This document shows, in pieces, positions 20,594 to 30,781 of a stretch of DNA of 64,000 bases. The notes under the pieces were generated by a model. The model did not search any database and had not been told where the DNA came from. It saw only the letters and a program-made list of their open reading frames with translations. The position numbers and the translations under genes were made by a program. How positions within the stretch are numbered: the first letter of the stretch is position 1; each line of letters opens with the position of its first letter. The DNA is from Trueperaceae bacterium (lineage in GTDB: Bacteria > Deinococcota > Deinococci > Deinococcales > Trueperaceae), in NCBI GenBank assembly GCA_965214405.1, contig OZ243956.1:4434327-4498326 (forward strand). Direction: 5' to 3'.

Positions 20594-21067
20594 ATGCGCA
20601 CAGTCGATATCCATCTGGTCGTCGGTGATGGTGACTGGAACAGGCTCCCGGTGGGCACGTGTCTCGACACGGTCGAGGACGTGATAGAGGTTACCCGCGA
20701 CTACGTGCAGGGTCCCCTGCGCGAGTCCTACCCGGCCCTCTACACCTTTACCGAGTTCGGCCTGCAGGCCATCGAAAGTTTCATGCAGGTGATCGGGAGC
20801 GGCGCGGACTACACCGCCAAAATCGGCGTGGCCGACCTTTCCAGCGTGCCCCTATTTAACCGTGAGCTGGCGGCGCAACTCGCGGCTAACTTTGTCACGG
20901 CGCTTCACCTGAAGCGGGGTCCGCAAGACGAGAAAGCTCTGCGGCTTCTCCACACGCAGGGCGCGGGTGACTGGCGAACCGCCTCGTTTACCGTGGAGCC
21001 GGGTCACTGGCTCGCCAAGCATTTAAGAGGTGAGGGCGGTTTTATGCTGCCCGCCATCAGCGCTTGA
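20594..21067 (+). CDS. Hypothetical protein
   Basis: 157-aa ORF with AGGAGG SD and host-like codon usage. Confidence 0.7.
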   Translation: MRTVDIHLVVGDGDWNRLPVGTCLDTVEDVIEVTRDYVQGPLRESYPALYTFTEFGLQAIESFMQVIGSGADYTAKIGVADLSSVPLFNRELAAQLAANFVTALHLKRGPQDEKALRLLHTQGAGDWRTASFTVEPGHWLAKHLRGEGGFMLPAISA

Positions 21068-21074
21068 CCTGAGC

Positions 21075-21104
21075 TTGCGCCACACGCCGAACTCCGGGTA
21101 AAAT
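21075..21104 (+). promoter_or_regulatory. Sigma70-type promoter of tRNA-Arg
   Basis: TTGCGC-18 nt-TAAAAT, 11 nt upstream of the tRNA. Confidence 0.65.
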
Positions 21105-21115
21105 ACCCTGCGCGT

Positions 21116-21192
21116 GCGCCCGTAGCTCAGACGGATAGAGCAGGGGACTCCTAAGCCCAAGGTCGCGTGTTCGACTCACGCCGGGCGCACCA
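21116..21192 (+). tRNA. tRNA-Arg (CCT)
   Basis: GCGCCCG/CGGGCGC acceptor, loop CTCCTAA, GCGTG-TTCGACT-CACGC T-arm, CCA; two mismatches in the anticodon stem. Confidence 0.9.
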
Positions 21193-21197
21193 CTCCA

Positions 21198-21222
21198 GAA
21201 GCCGCTCTTAATGCGGCTTTTC
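21198..21222 (+). terminator. Intrinsic terminator after tRNA-Arg
   Basis: AAGCCGC-TCTTAAT-GCGGCTTTT. Confidence 0.7.
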
Positions 21223-21416
21223 CGGTTTTAGTAATGCCAGGCGAGTCACTACCTCCTCGTCGGTAATGCCGCTTGTGATGCCACACCACAGCCAACAGAA
21301 GTTTGTCTTGCTAATGACTCCAGCTTAACCCCTGCACCATTTGATGAAACCTTTTTCAATAGCGGAGCGTGTTTGCTAGCGCGTGACCAGAGCGCGTTCT
21401 CCAGTATGCTTTTCTT

Positions 21417-22955
21417 ATGCGAAGCTTCGGCAACCCCACCCGTTTGGCGTCTCGAGCCACGCCCGCCACCTCGCCCACCAGCAAGCCGCCAAACGCGTCG
21501 CCCAACGCCATCGAACTTAGAGGCGTTTGCGTGCAGTTCGACGGGCAGCCGGTCTTGCGTGACGTAAATTTGGAGGTCGCGCGGGGCGGCTTTGTCGCGC
21601 TTATCGGTCCCTCGGGCGGGGGCAAAAGCACCTTGCTGCGCGCGGTCGCAGGACTCTTAAAAGCAGGCAAAGGCGAAGTTACTGTAGCCGGAAAGCCCGC
21701 TGTCGTATTCCAGGACTACCGCCTGTTGCCCTGGCGCACGGTGCGTGAAAACGTCGCGCTGCCCTTCCAGCTCACCGGGCGCGGCGAGAGCCCGGAGGAA
21801 GTGCTCAAGTTAGTAGGGATGTTGGAGCACGCAGACCGCTACCCCCACCAGCTCTCGGGCGGGATGCGCGCGCGCGTCGCCATCGCGCGCGCCTTGGCCC
21901 AAGACGCCGAAGTGCTGCTCATGGACGAGCCCTTCGCCGCGCTCGACGCGCTCGTGCGCGAACGCTTTAACTTGGAACTCAAGCGCCTGCACGAGCGCAC
22001 GGGCAAAACGGTTCTGTTCGTGACCCATAGCATCCGCGAGGCGGTGTATCTCGCCGATACAGTGGTGGTATTGGAGGACGGGCGCATCGACACCGTGCTA
22101 GCCTCGCGCAACGAAGGCCGCATCACCGCGTATGACGACGGCATCGAGGCCGTGTTGCGGGCACGCATCGGCGTGGCGGATTCGACCCACGTGAACCTGA
22201 CTCGGCCAAGGGTGCGCTTTCCCTGGGAGGCGCTGGGGGTCGTTGCGCTCACCGCGCTCCTGTTTTTGGGCTGGAGCCTGCTCGCCGCCCGGACCTCGCC
22301 CATTTTTTTGCCCCCGCCGGGGCTCGTGTGGGCGGCGGCTCTGGAGAACGCCTCTTATTTGTTCCGCAACGCCGCGGCGACCTTGCGCGTCACGGCCCTG
22401 GGCATCGTGTTGTCGCTCCTCATCGGGGTGCCGGTGGGCTACGTCATGGGCAAAAAGCGGGCGGTGGAGCGGCTTCTGTCGCCCTTTATTGTGGCCTTGC
22501 AGGCGGTGCCGACCATCATCATCGCGCCCCTGCTCGTGCTCTGGGTGGGCTACGGCTTAAGCGCCAAGCTGCTCGTCACAACGCTTATTTCAGTCTTCCC
22601 CGTGCTCGTCTCCACCGTTGTCGGCGTGCGTGAGGTGGATAGGGTCTACCGCGAGGTGTTTACGACAATGGGTGCGGGGCGCTGGGGCACGTTTTTGAGG
22701 CTCGAGCTCCCCGGCGCGCTCCCCGTGGTCTTGGGCGGCCTCAAGCTCACCGTGACGCTGGCGCTTATCGGCACGGTGGTGGGCGAGTTCGTCTTCGGCG
22801 GCTCCGGCTTGGGCTACGTCGCCAACACCGAACGCGTAAACTTCCGCGTCGCCAACGCGATGGCGGCGGTTGGCGTCAACGTCGTTATCGGTATTGCTTT
22901 ATACGGCGCGGTGAGCGTGCTCGAGACCTGGGTACTGCGCTACCGGCGGCGGTAG
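21417..22955 (+). CDS. NitT/TauT-family ABC transporter, fused ATPase + permease (probably the riboflavin RibX-type partner)
   Basis: GPSGGGKST, LSGGM, LLMDEPF, VTH in the N-half; SsuC-like TM domain with EAA-type loop in the C-half, one frame. Confidence 0.85.
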   Translation: MRSFGNPTRLASRATPATSPTSKPPNASPNAIELRGVCVQFDGQPVLRDVNLEVARGGFVALIGPSGGGKSTLLRAVAGLLKAGKGEVTVAGKPAVVFQDYRLLPWRTVRENVALPFQLTGRGESPEEVLKLVGMLEHADRYPHQLSGGMRARVAIARALAQDAEVLLMDEPFAALDALVRERFNLELKRLHERTGKTVLFVTHSIREAVYLADTVVVLEDGRIDTVLASRNEGRITAYDDGIEAVLRARIGVADSTHVNLTRPRVRFPWEALGVVALTALLFLGWSLLAARTSPIFLPPPGLVWAAALENASYLFRNAAATLRVTALGIVLSLLIGVPVGYVMGKKRAVERLLSPFIVALQAVPTIIIAPLLVLWVGYGLSAKLLVTTLISVFPVLVSTVVGVREVDRVYREVFTTMGAGRWGTFLRLELPGALPVVLGGLKLTVTLALIGTVVGEFVFGGSGLGYVANTERVNFRVANAMAAVGVNVVIGIALYGAVSVLETWVLRYRRR

Positions 22956-22964
22956 GGGTGCGCG

Positions 22965-23285
22965 TTGCAGCTTGACCGTAGCGAGTTGAAAATTATAGCC
23001 AGCACGCTCAACTCCTTGGCAAACGGCTACAGATTTGAAAGCGAGTTGCGAAATCTCGTTGGAGCTGATGAAGAAGAGGTAAACACCATTCTGGACGCTA
23101 AGCTTCTTCACCTTCCTCAAGGGGAATTTTTCGAACCGCTGTTTGATGCTCGAGAAGTGCGCCTTTTGATCAGGTCTCTCGAGCTCATCCTCGAGTCTAT
23201 TAGCGAAGCGTCACTTCTGACGCTTGCCGGTGGTCACAAGTCAGAAATCGTCCAGCTTCTCGAAAGGTTAAACGCCGCCAGATAA
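22965..23285 (+). CDS. Hypothetical protein
   Basis: 106-aa ORF with TTG start and lower GC, between the ABC genes. Confidence 0.5.
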   Translation: MQLDRSELKIIASTLNSLANGYRFESELRNLVGADEEEVNTILDAKLLHLPQGEFFEPLFDAREVRLLIRSLELILESISEASLLTLAGGHKSEIVQLLERLNAAR

Positions 23286-23388
23286 AAAGATACGTCCTCG
23301 AGGACGCAAGGGTGAAAAGCTCTTCCCGCCACCCGCACTTGTGATTTAGCGAACAAGCCCCCCACCCCCAGCCCTTATCATGAAAAGC

Positions 23389-23558
23389 GTCCTTCAGGGC
23401 GGGGTGAAAGTCCCCACCGGCGGTGATGCTGTGGGGCTGGTTTTATAAGCTGTTCTTATAAAGGCCTACAGACGAGCCCGCGACGCTCGATAAACGTTTC
23501 TCGAGCCTGAGCCCGTGCGATTCGGGTGCCGACGGTCACAGTCCGGACGGGAGAAGGA
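23389..23558 (+). promoter_or_regulatory. FMN riboswitch (RFN element)
   Basis: CTTCAGGGCGGGGTGAAAGTCCCCACCGGCGGT...AGCCCGCGA...GCCGACGGTCACAGTCCGGACGGGAGAAG; P1 TCCTTC/GAAGGA overlaps the SD. Confidence 0.95.
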
Positions 23559-23569
23559 GGCAGGCTAAG

Positions 23570-24595
23570 GTGCGCCCACCTTGGCTGCAAAGCTCTATGG
23601 TTATCCGCCGCGTTTTGATAAGTTTGCTGGTTTTCTCGCTCAGTTTGTCGTTGGGTCAAGCCGCTCAACCACAAGGGACGGAAGAAGTACGCGTGGGCCT
23701 CGGTTATCTGCCCGACGTGCAGTTCGCGCCCTTTTACCTTGGCGCGGTCTCGGGGCTTTACGAGGCGCAGGGGCTTTCGGTCGAATTTCAGCACGGGTTC
23801 GTGACTGAACTTTATCCGCTTCTGGCGCAGGGCAAGCTCGACTTCGTCGTGGGAGACGCCGAGGATGTGATCAGCCTGCGTAGCCAAGACCCCGAGGGCG
23901 CGCCTTTCGTTTATCTCATGGCGCTCTATCAGCGCGTGCCCAACGCGCTCTTTTCACTTCCGGAAGCGGGTATCGAGCGTCCCGCAGACTTGCGCGGTAA
24001 AACAATCGGGATGCCGGGGCTTTTCGGCTCTTCGTATACGTCGCTCCAGGCGGTGCTCGCGGCGGCGGGGCTCACCGAAAACGAGGTAACGATCCAACAA
24101 ATCGGCTTTACCCAGGCCGAGGCGGTTTTGAGCGGGCGCGTGGACGTGGCGATGGGATTTGTGAACAACGAGCCCACCGTGCTGCGCGCAAGGGGCGTAG
24201 AGGTCAACGTTCTCCCGGCAGGCCCTTATAATCCTTCGGCGGGCAACGGCGTCGTCACGACGGACGAGGTTTTGGCAAACGAAGCGCTGGTGCGGCGCTT
24301 TTTGGCGGCCTCACAGGAGGCGATGGCGCGGACGCTCTCTCACCCGGAAGAGGCTTTTGGGGCGTCGGCAACGTATATTGAAAATTTGGACGCGGACAGG
24401 CTCGAGGTCTTGAAAGCCTCCTTGCCCCTCTACACCTCCCCCGCCACCCAAGAGAACGGCCTCGGCACCACCGACCCGGAGGGCTGGGAACAGACCCTGG
24501 CGCTTCTTACTAAGGTGGGCCGCGTTACTACCGACCTTCCCGCGACGGCGTTCTTTAGCAACGATTATCTGACGCCGGGCGTCGCCGCCCCCTAG
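23570..24595 (+). CDS. ABC substrate-binding protein, NMT1/THI5 family (RibY-like riboflavin-binding)
   Basis: Signal peptide, LGYLPDVQFAPFY, DLRGKTIGMPGLFGSSY; directly downstream of the FMN riboswitch. Confidence 0.85.
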   Translation: MRPPWLQSSMVIRRVLISLLVFSLSLSLGQAAQPQGTEEVRVGLGYLPDVQFAPFYLGAVSGLYEAQGLSVEFQHGFVTELYPLLAQGKLDFVVGDAEDVISLRSQDPEGAPFVYLMALYQRVPNALFSLPEAGIERPADLRGKTIGMPGLFGSSYTSLQAVLAAAGLTENEVTIQQIGFTQAEAVLSGRVDVAMGFVNNEPTVLRARGVEVNVLPAGPYNPSAGNGVVTTDEVLANEALVRRFLAASQEAMARTLSHPEEAFGASATYIENLDADRLEVLKASLPLYTSPATQENGLGTTDPEGWEQTLALLTKVGRVTTDLPATAFFSNDYLTPGVAAP

Positions 24596-24634
24596 ACCCG
24601 CTTTCTCTCAAAAAATCACACCCGTTCACGCCGC

Positions 24635-24678
24635 CAAAGCCTCACCCTACAGAGCGTCTAAGTCGGCGTGAGGCTTTG
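24635..24678. terminator. Hairpin between convergent genes
   Basis: CAAAGCCTCAC...GTGAGGCTTTG inverted repeat. Confidence 0.55.
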
Positions 24679-24702
24679 AGTCTGCTTTCCGTTTCTCGAG
24701 CT

Positions 24703-25221
24703 TCAAAAGAGAATTTTTGACCAGTTGAGGTCGTCTAAAGGATGAAACACGTCCACGTACTCCAAGAGCACCCCCGCCGACTGACTTTTGAACATGGCGC
24801 ACTCGACGTGCTTGCCCCGGCGCTTGATGGCCTCGACCAGCTCGACGTAGTCGCCGTCGCCGCTCACAATCAAGGCCGTGTCGTAGGCGTTTTCGACGGC
24901 GAGCGAGAGCGACTCGACCGCGATGGCCACGTCGATGCCCTTTTCGACCAGCGTCCCGTCGTGCCGCCTATGGAGCCTGCCTAAGCGGACCGTCACGTAA
25001 GGGATGCGCCGCAGCGACTCGAAAAAGCGGCCCTGGCCCTCGCGCAGTTCGACCTCGTAGTCGTCCGTCAGGGGCGCGTTGTAGTAGTAGACGCGCATCA
25101 GCGGGCGGTTGACGAGAAGCTGTTTCACGAGCTCTTGGAGGTTGACGCGCGTGCTCGAGAGGTTGTCGCGCATCCCGTTGTAAAGGTTGCTGCCGTCAAT
25201 AAATACCGCCGTACGTTGCAA
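24703..25221 (-). CDS. NYN domain (LabA/DUF88) protein
   Basis: AVFIDGSNLY, EKGIDVAIA, LIVSGDGDY; TTG start at 25221 behind GAGGAG. Confidence 0.9.
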   Translation of the reverse strand: MQRTAVFIDGSNLYNGMRDNLSSTRVNLQELVKQLLVNRPLMRVYYYNAPLTDDYEVELREGQGRFFESLRRIPYVTVRLGRLHRRHDGTLVEKGIDVAIAVESLSLAVENAYDTALIVSGDGDYVELVEAIKRRGKHVECAMFKSQSAGVLLEYVDVFHPLDDLNWSKILF

Positions 25222-25576
25222 AATAAGCTCCTCGAAATAAAGGTTATACAGGCTATGTGTTACTTCCTCCAGTGTACCCGCCCGCGGACGCAAATGGAAT
25301 GGGGGTGACGTTTGGTCGGGCTCTGTTAACGTTTCCGCTCGGCGAAGCTCGAGGGGCTGGATGAGAGAAAGTAGGAGCAAGAAAAAGTAAGAAGAGAGGG
25401 GCCGGTCTTGTTGCGTCCATGACGAGGTCGAGTGTACGCATAAACGGCTAATGTCAATACACCCTAGCCCTAACGCGGATGGGTTGCGCGGGTTTGGATA
25501 AAGGGTAGGATGAACTCGAGTCGGCAGCAGCGGGGACAGAACGCAGAGGCGGGTATTCCAATGTGTTGACGACGTA

Positions 25577-28078
25577 GTGACGATGAAGCGCGCGAGAACG
25601 AACGTTCCTTGGTCTTGGGCCACAGCCCTGTGGCGCGCCACACCCAACGGTGTGCGCGCGTCACTGGCTGTGGTTCTTTATCTCCTCGCTTACCTCCTGC
25701 TGGACACGGTTTCTGAAGCGTTCGATGTCGGGGCGGGTGTGTCTGTTTGGTACCTTCCCAGCGCGCTCAGTCTCGTGCTCCTCTTGGTGCTCGGTTTGCG
25801 CTTTCTGCCCGCGCTCTTCGCGGCGGTTCTGCTCGCGCAACTTGTGAATAACGCCTCGCTCCCGCTTCTTTCCTCGCTCGTTCACGCGCTGACCTATACG
25901 TTCGCCTATGGCGGCGCCACGCTCTTCTTGCGCCGCTTGCGCGTTGACCCGCGCCTCTACGGTCTGCGTGACGTGGTCTGGTTTATGTTCGTCGGCGCTT
26001 TTTTAGCGCCGCTTATTGCCAGCTTTTTTAGCGTCACAAACTTTACGCTTTCCGGTTCTTTTACCTGGTCACAGTGGCTCACGCTTCTATTTCAGTTTGC
26101 GGCGGGAGACGCCACGGGCATCGGCGCGCTCGCGCCCTTTCTTTTGGTTATGCTGCGCCATACCCCGTGGCTGAAAACAAAGGGCTTAGGGACGAACGAG
26201 TCAACGTTACCGGAGGCGGACGCCTCATCAGATTCGCCAGAGCCGGATGCGGCAACGACAAAATCCTCGAGGTCAAACATCCCGGAGCCGAACGTGTCAG
26301 CGTCCCATCTACCGAGACGGGATGTACTAAAGGCGGATATATCTAAGGCGGATATATCAAAGCCGGACGTACCGGGGTCGCGTTCACCGGACTCGGGCGA
26401 CCCGCAGGAGGCGGTGCGGGACTCGAGCGGGCGGTGGCCCACCACCCAGGAGGTGTTCAGGGTCCTTCTTTTTGCGGGCGTTTTCGCGCTCGCCGCCTTT
26501 GTCGCCTACGCCGTGCCCCAGTCGCTGACGCTCAACCACTCTTACGTCACGTTTATTCCCGTGCTCCTCGTCGCGGGGTGGTACGGCTTTGGGTGGGGAA
26601 CGGCGGCGACGCTATGCACCAACGTCTGCGTCGCGCTTTTTACCTTTTCCAAAATGGGCAGCGTGGACGGTTTCGCGTTGCAGTTCGGGCTCGTGACGCT
26701 GACCTATTTGGGTATCTTGCTCGGCGCGTCTGTGAGCGAGCGCAAAAGCCTCACGGCGCGTCTTCACTACACCGCGTTTCACGACGCGCTCACCGGGCTG
26801 CCCAACCGGGCGCTCTTTTTGGAGCGTTTGGCGCGCGCTGTGAGAGAAGCAAAGGGCGAGGGAGAGACCGCGGTGCTTTTTATCGACCTAGACCGCTTCA
26901 AGGGGGTGAACGACGGTCTCGGGCACGCCGCGGGCGACGCGGTGCTCGTCGAGGCGGCGCGTCGCCTGCGCCGCCTTCTCAGGCCCGGGGACACGGTCGC
27001 GCGGCTTGGCGGCGACGAATTTACCGTGCTGCTCGAGGGCACCACACGACAAGACGCCGTGGGCGTCGCCGAACGCATTCAAGACGCGTTCGCATCCCCC
27101 TTTCTTCTTTCCGCTCATCTCCCCACCCAATCTCAGCAGGCGGTGCAGCTAGGGGCGAGCGTCGGCATCGCCTTGAACCCGAGCCCAGGCACGACGCCCT
27201 ACGGGAGACCCGGCGACCTTTTGCGCAACGCCGACACCGCCTTGAGCCGCGCCAAGACCCAGGGCAGGGCGAGCTACGCGGTTTTCGACCCCGCGATGTA
27301 CGAGGGCCAGCGGGAGCGGCTGCGCTTGGAGAACGAGCTCGAGCGCGCTTTCGAGCGGCAGGAGTTAAGCCTCCACTATCAGCCCATCGTCCTGGTCGGC
27401 ACAGGAAAAATCGTCGGGGTAGAGGCGCTTTTGCGCTGGAGGCACCCGGAGCGCGGATTTATACCGCCGGACGTGTTCATCCCCGTGGCCGAGGGAACGG
27501 GGTTCATCGTTCCTCTTGGCATCTGGATAATGAAACAAGCGTTTACTCAGCTCAGGGCGTGGCACGACGCGGGGCACGCGCATCTCTTTATGTCGGTCAA
27601 CGTCTCGGCGCGTCAGGCGGGGCAGCCGCAACTGGTCGGGGTGGTTCGGGACACCCTTGAGCAGCTCCGCTTGGACCCGGAGTGCGTGGCGCTCGAGCTC
27701 ACCGAAAGCGTGTTTATGGAGAGCACCGGCGAAAACGTCACCCGCTTCGTAGCGCTCCACGACCTCGGCGTCCGGCTTTCCATCGACGACTTCGGCACCG
27801 GCTACTCGTCGCTGAGCCGCCTTAAAAGCCTGCCCGTCCACACGCTCAAGATCGACCGCTCCTTTCTGACGGGCGTGCCAGGCTCGGGCAGCGACGCGGC
27901 CATCGTCAGAACGATCCTTGCGATGGCGCACAACCTGAACTTAAATGTCGTGGCCGAGGGGGTAGAAAGGAACGCGCAGGCAGAATTTTTGCGCGCCCAC
28001 GGTTGCGACCAGGCGCAGGGCTACTTGTTCAGCCGCCCCCTACCCGCGGACGCGCTCACGCGCCTTTTAGAGGGTTGA
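25577..28078 (+). CDS. MASE1-GGDEF-EAL diguanylate cyclase/phosphodiesterase
   Basis: N-terminal multi-TM MASE1-like region, HDALTGLPNR, GGDEF, EALLRW, IDDFGTGYSSL, EGVE. Confidence 0.92.
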   Translation: MTMKRARTNVPWSWATALWRATPNGVRASLAVVLYLLAYLLLDTVSEAFDVGAGVSVWYLPSALSLVLLLVLGLRFLPALFAAVLLAQLVNNASLPLLSSLVHALTYTFAYGGATLFLRRLRVDPRLYGLRDVVWFMFVGAFLAPLIASFFSVTNFTLSGSFTWSQWLTLLFQFAAGDATGIGALAPFLLVMLRHTPWLKTKGLGTNESTLPEADASSDSPEPDAATTKSSRSNIPEPNVSASHLPRRDVLKADISKADISKPDVPGSRSPDSGDPQEAVRDSSGRWPTTQEVFRVLLFAGVFALAAFVAYAVPQSLTLNHSYVTFIPVLLVAGWYGFGWGTAATLCTNVCVALFTFSKMGSVDGFALQFGLVTLTYLGILLGASVSERKSLTARLHYTAFHDALTGLPNRALFLERLARAVREAKGEGETAVLFIDLDRFKGVNDGLGHAAGDAVLVEAARRLRRLLRPGDTVARLGGDEFTVLLEGTTRQDAVGVAERIQDAFASPFLLSAHLPTQSQQAVQLGASVGIALNPSPGTTPYGRPGDLLRNADTALSRAKTQGRASYAVFDPAMYEGQRERLRLENELERAFERQELSLHYQPIVLVGTGKIVGVEALLRWRHPERGFIPPDVFIPVAEGTGFIVPLGIWIMKQAFTQLRAWHDAGHAHLFMSVNVSARQAGQPQLVGVVRDTLEQLRLDPECVALELTESVFMESTGENVTRFVALHDLGVRLSIDDFGTGYSSLSRLKSLPVHTLKIDRSFLTGVPGSGSDAAIVRTILAMAHNLNLNVVAEGVERNAQAEFLRAHGCDQAQGYLFSRPLPADALTRLLEG

Positions 28079-28134
28079 ATTCAGGGTCTGTTGACGTTTC
28101 GGCTTGGCCGAGTCGGGCTCTAGCGCCGCACCTT

Positions 28135-28172
28135 ATTACTTCATTACTTCCAGATTACTTCATTACTTCCAA
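28135..28172. repeat. ATTACTTC x4 (two copies of a 19-bp unit)
   Basis: ATTACTTCATTACTTCCAG ATTACTTCATTACTTCCAA. Confidence 0.85.
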
Positions 28173-28662
28173 ACAATATCGTTGACTACTCGGATTCGCA
28201 GATGCTGTGCCTGACGCATCCGGGTTTTGAGAAACCCTGAAATGCTTGTCCACGTCTAGCACGCCGTTTCTAACAGCCCCTCCCTGACGGGTGTGTCGGT
28301 GCTGGCGGACCCTTTGCTCCGCGCCAGAGAGACCGGGGGTTACTCGCCTGGGGGCTACGCTCGAGAAGCTTTCATGAACCCAGAAACGAAAACCCTCGCC
28401 TCTATCCGCGCCAACGACACCCTGGTGGCAAACTTTTACACCTTCTCGCACTATCGGCTCTGACAGGTTTACAGTGAGCTCCGGCTTTTGGGGGCCTACA
28501 AACTGGTCAATCAAGCTGTACCTTCGCGGCAGGAAACTTCCGAAAGTTAGGTGAAATGTGCGTTTAACGTCCACATGCGTAAGCCCTGACGCGGTGATGA
28601 GGTCCGTTCGCCTGTTGCTCGCAAACTATGAACGCTGCTCAACGACGAAAGCCCGTCGGATT

Positions 28663-28691
28663 TTGACAAAAGCTTAAAAACCGCTTACAAT
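28663..28691 (+). promoter_or_regulatory. Near-consensus sigma70 promoter upstream of the sugar ABC operon
   Basis: TTGACA-17 nt-TACAAT. Confidence 0.75.
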
Positions 28692-29084
28692 CCCCCTTAA
28701 TCACAACGCGCTGTTTGTCCGCCCACGGGTCCGCCCACAAAAAAATCGGCGGGCGGACCGGAGGGAGAGGATGGACGTACGCCTAGAGGACGGGGCAAGC
28801 AGGACGGGCGTCTCGAGCTCCCCCTGTACCCAGCTCATAACGCTGAGACTGCTTAGGGCGGCGTTTGAAAAAAGTTACACGGTTTTCGGGACCTTTTTAT
28901 GACCGCCTTTGATAGGCTCGAGCCGCCACCTTTTCCGTCACAGCCGTTGGCGAGACCACCCCAATGACCTTCATTCTAAGGAGGTGGCCTGAGTCAAGAC
29001 AGTTAACCCTGAGAATGAGCTTCGCAGATCTATAAACAGCTCGATAACCACTAAGCGGAAGCCTACGAGTAACTTGGAGGAATC

Positions 29085-30554
<1,470 letters not shown>

Positions 30555-30781
30555 GTTTTAGCGGGTCCCGCTCAGGCTTTTATTTGCATCATCAAGGAAG
30601 CCACAGAACGCGCTTCTGCTTTAGTAAATCTGCTTTAGTAAAGACGAGAGTACCGAGTTGCCAGTGTCTCACTCGGTACTCGTCATCAAGCGCTAAAGTT
30701 CTGGTGACGGAAGCCCGAGTCGCGCCTTGTGACGAATTCGTAACGAAGCGGGACCCTCCACCAAACAGATAGAATGCTTCT

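Noticed and set aside
24703..25647. 314-aa version of the NYN protein
   Set aside because: The NYN domain begins right after TTG 25221 with a GAGGAG SD; the extension overlaps the divergent gene and looks non-coding.
28276..28357. ZTP or c-di-GMP riboswitch, or SRP RNA
   Set aside because: Only partial words match (CTGGCG/CGCCTGGG, GGGGTTAC). The conserved cores and a suitable downstream gene are missing.
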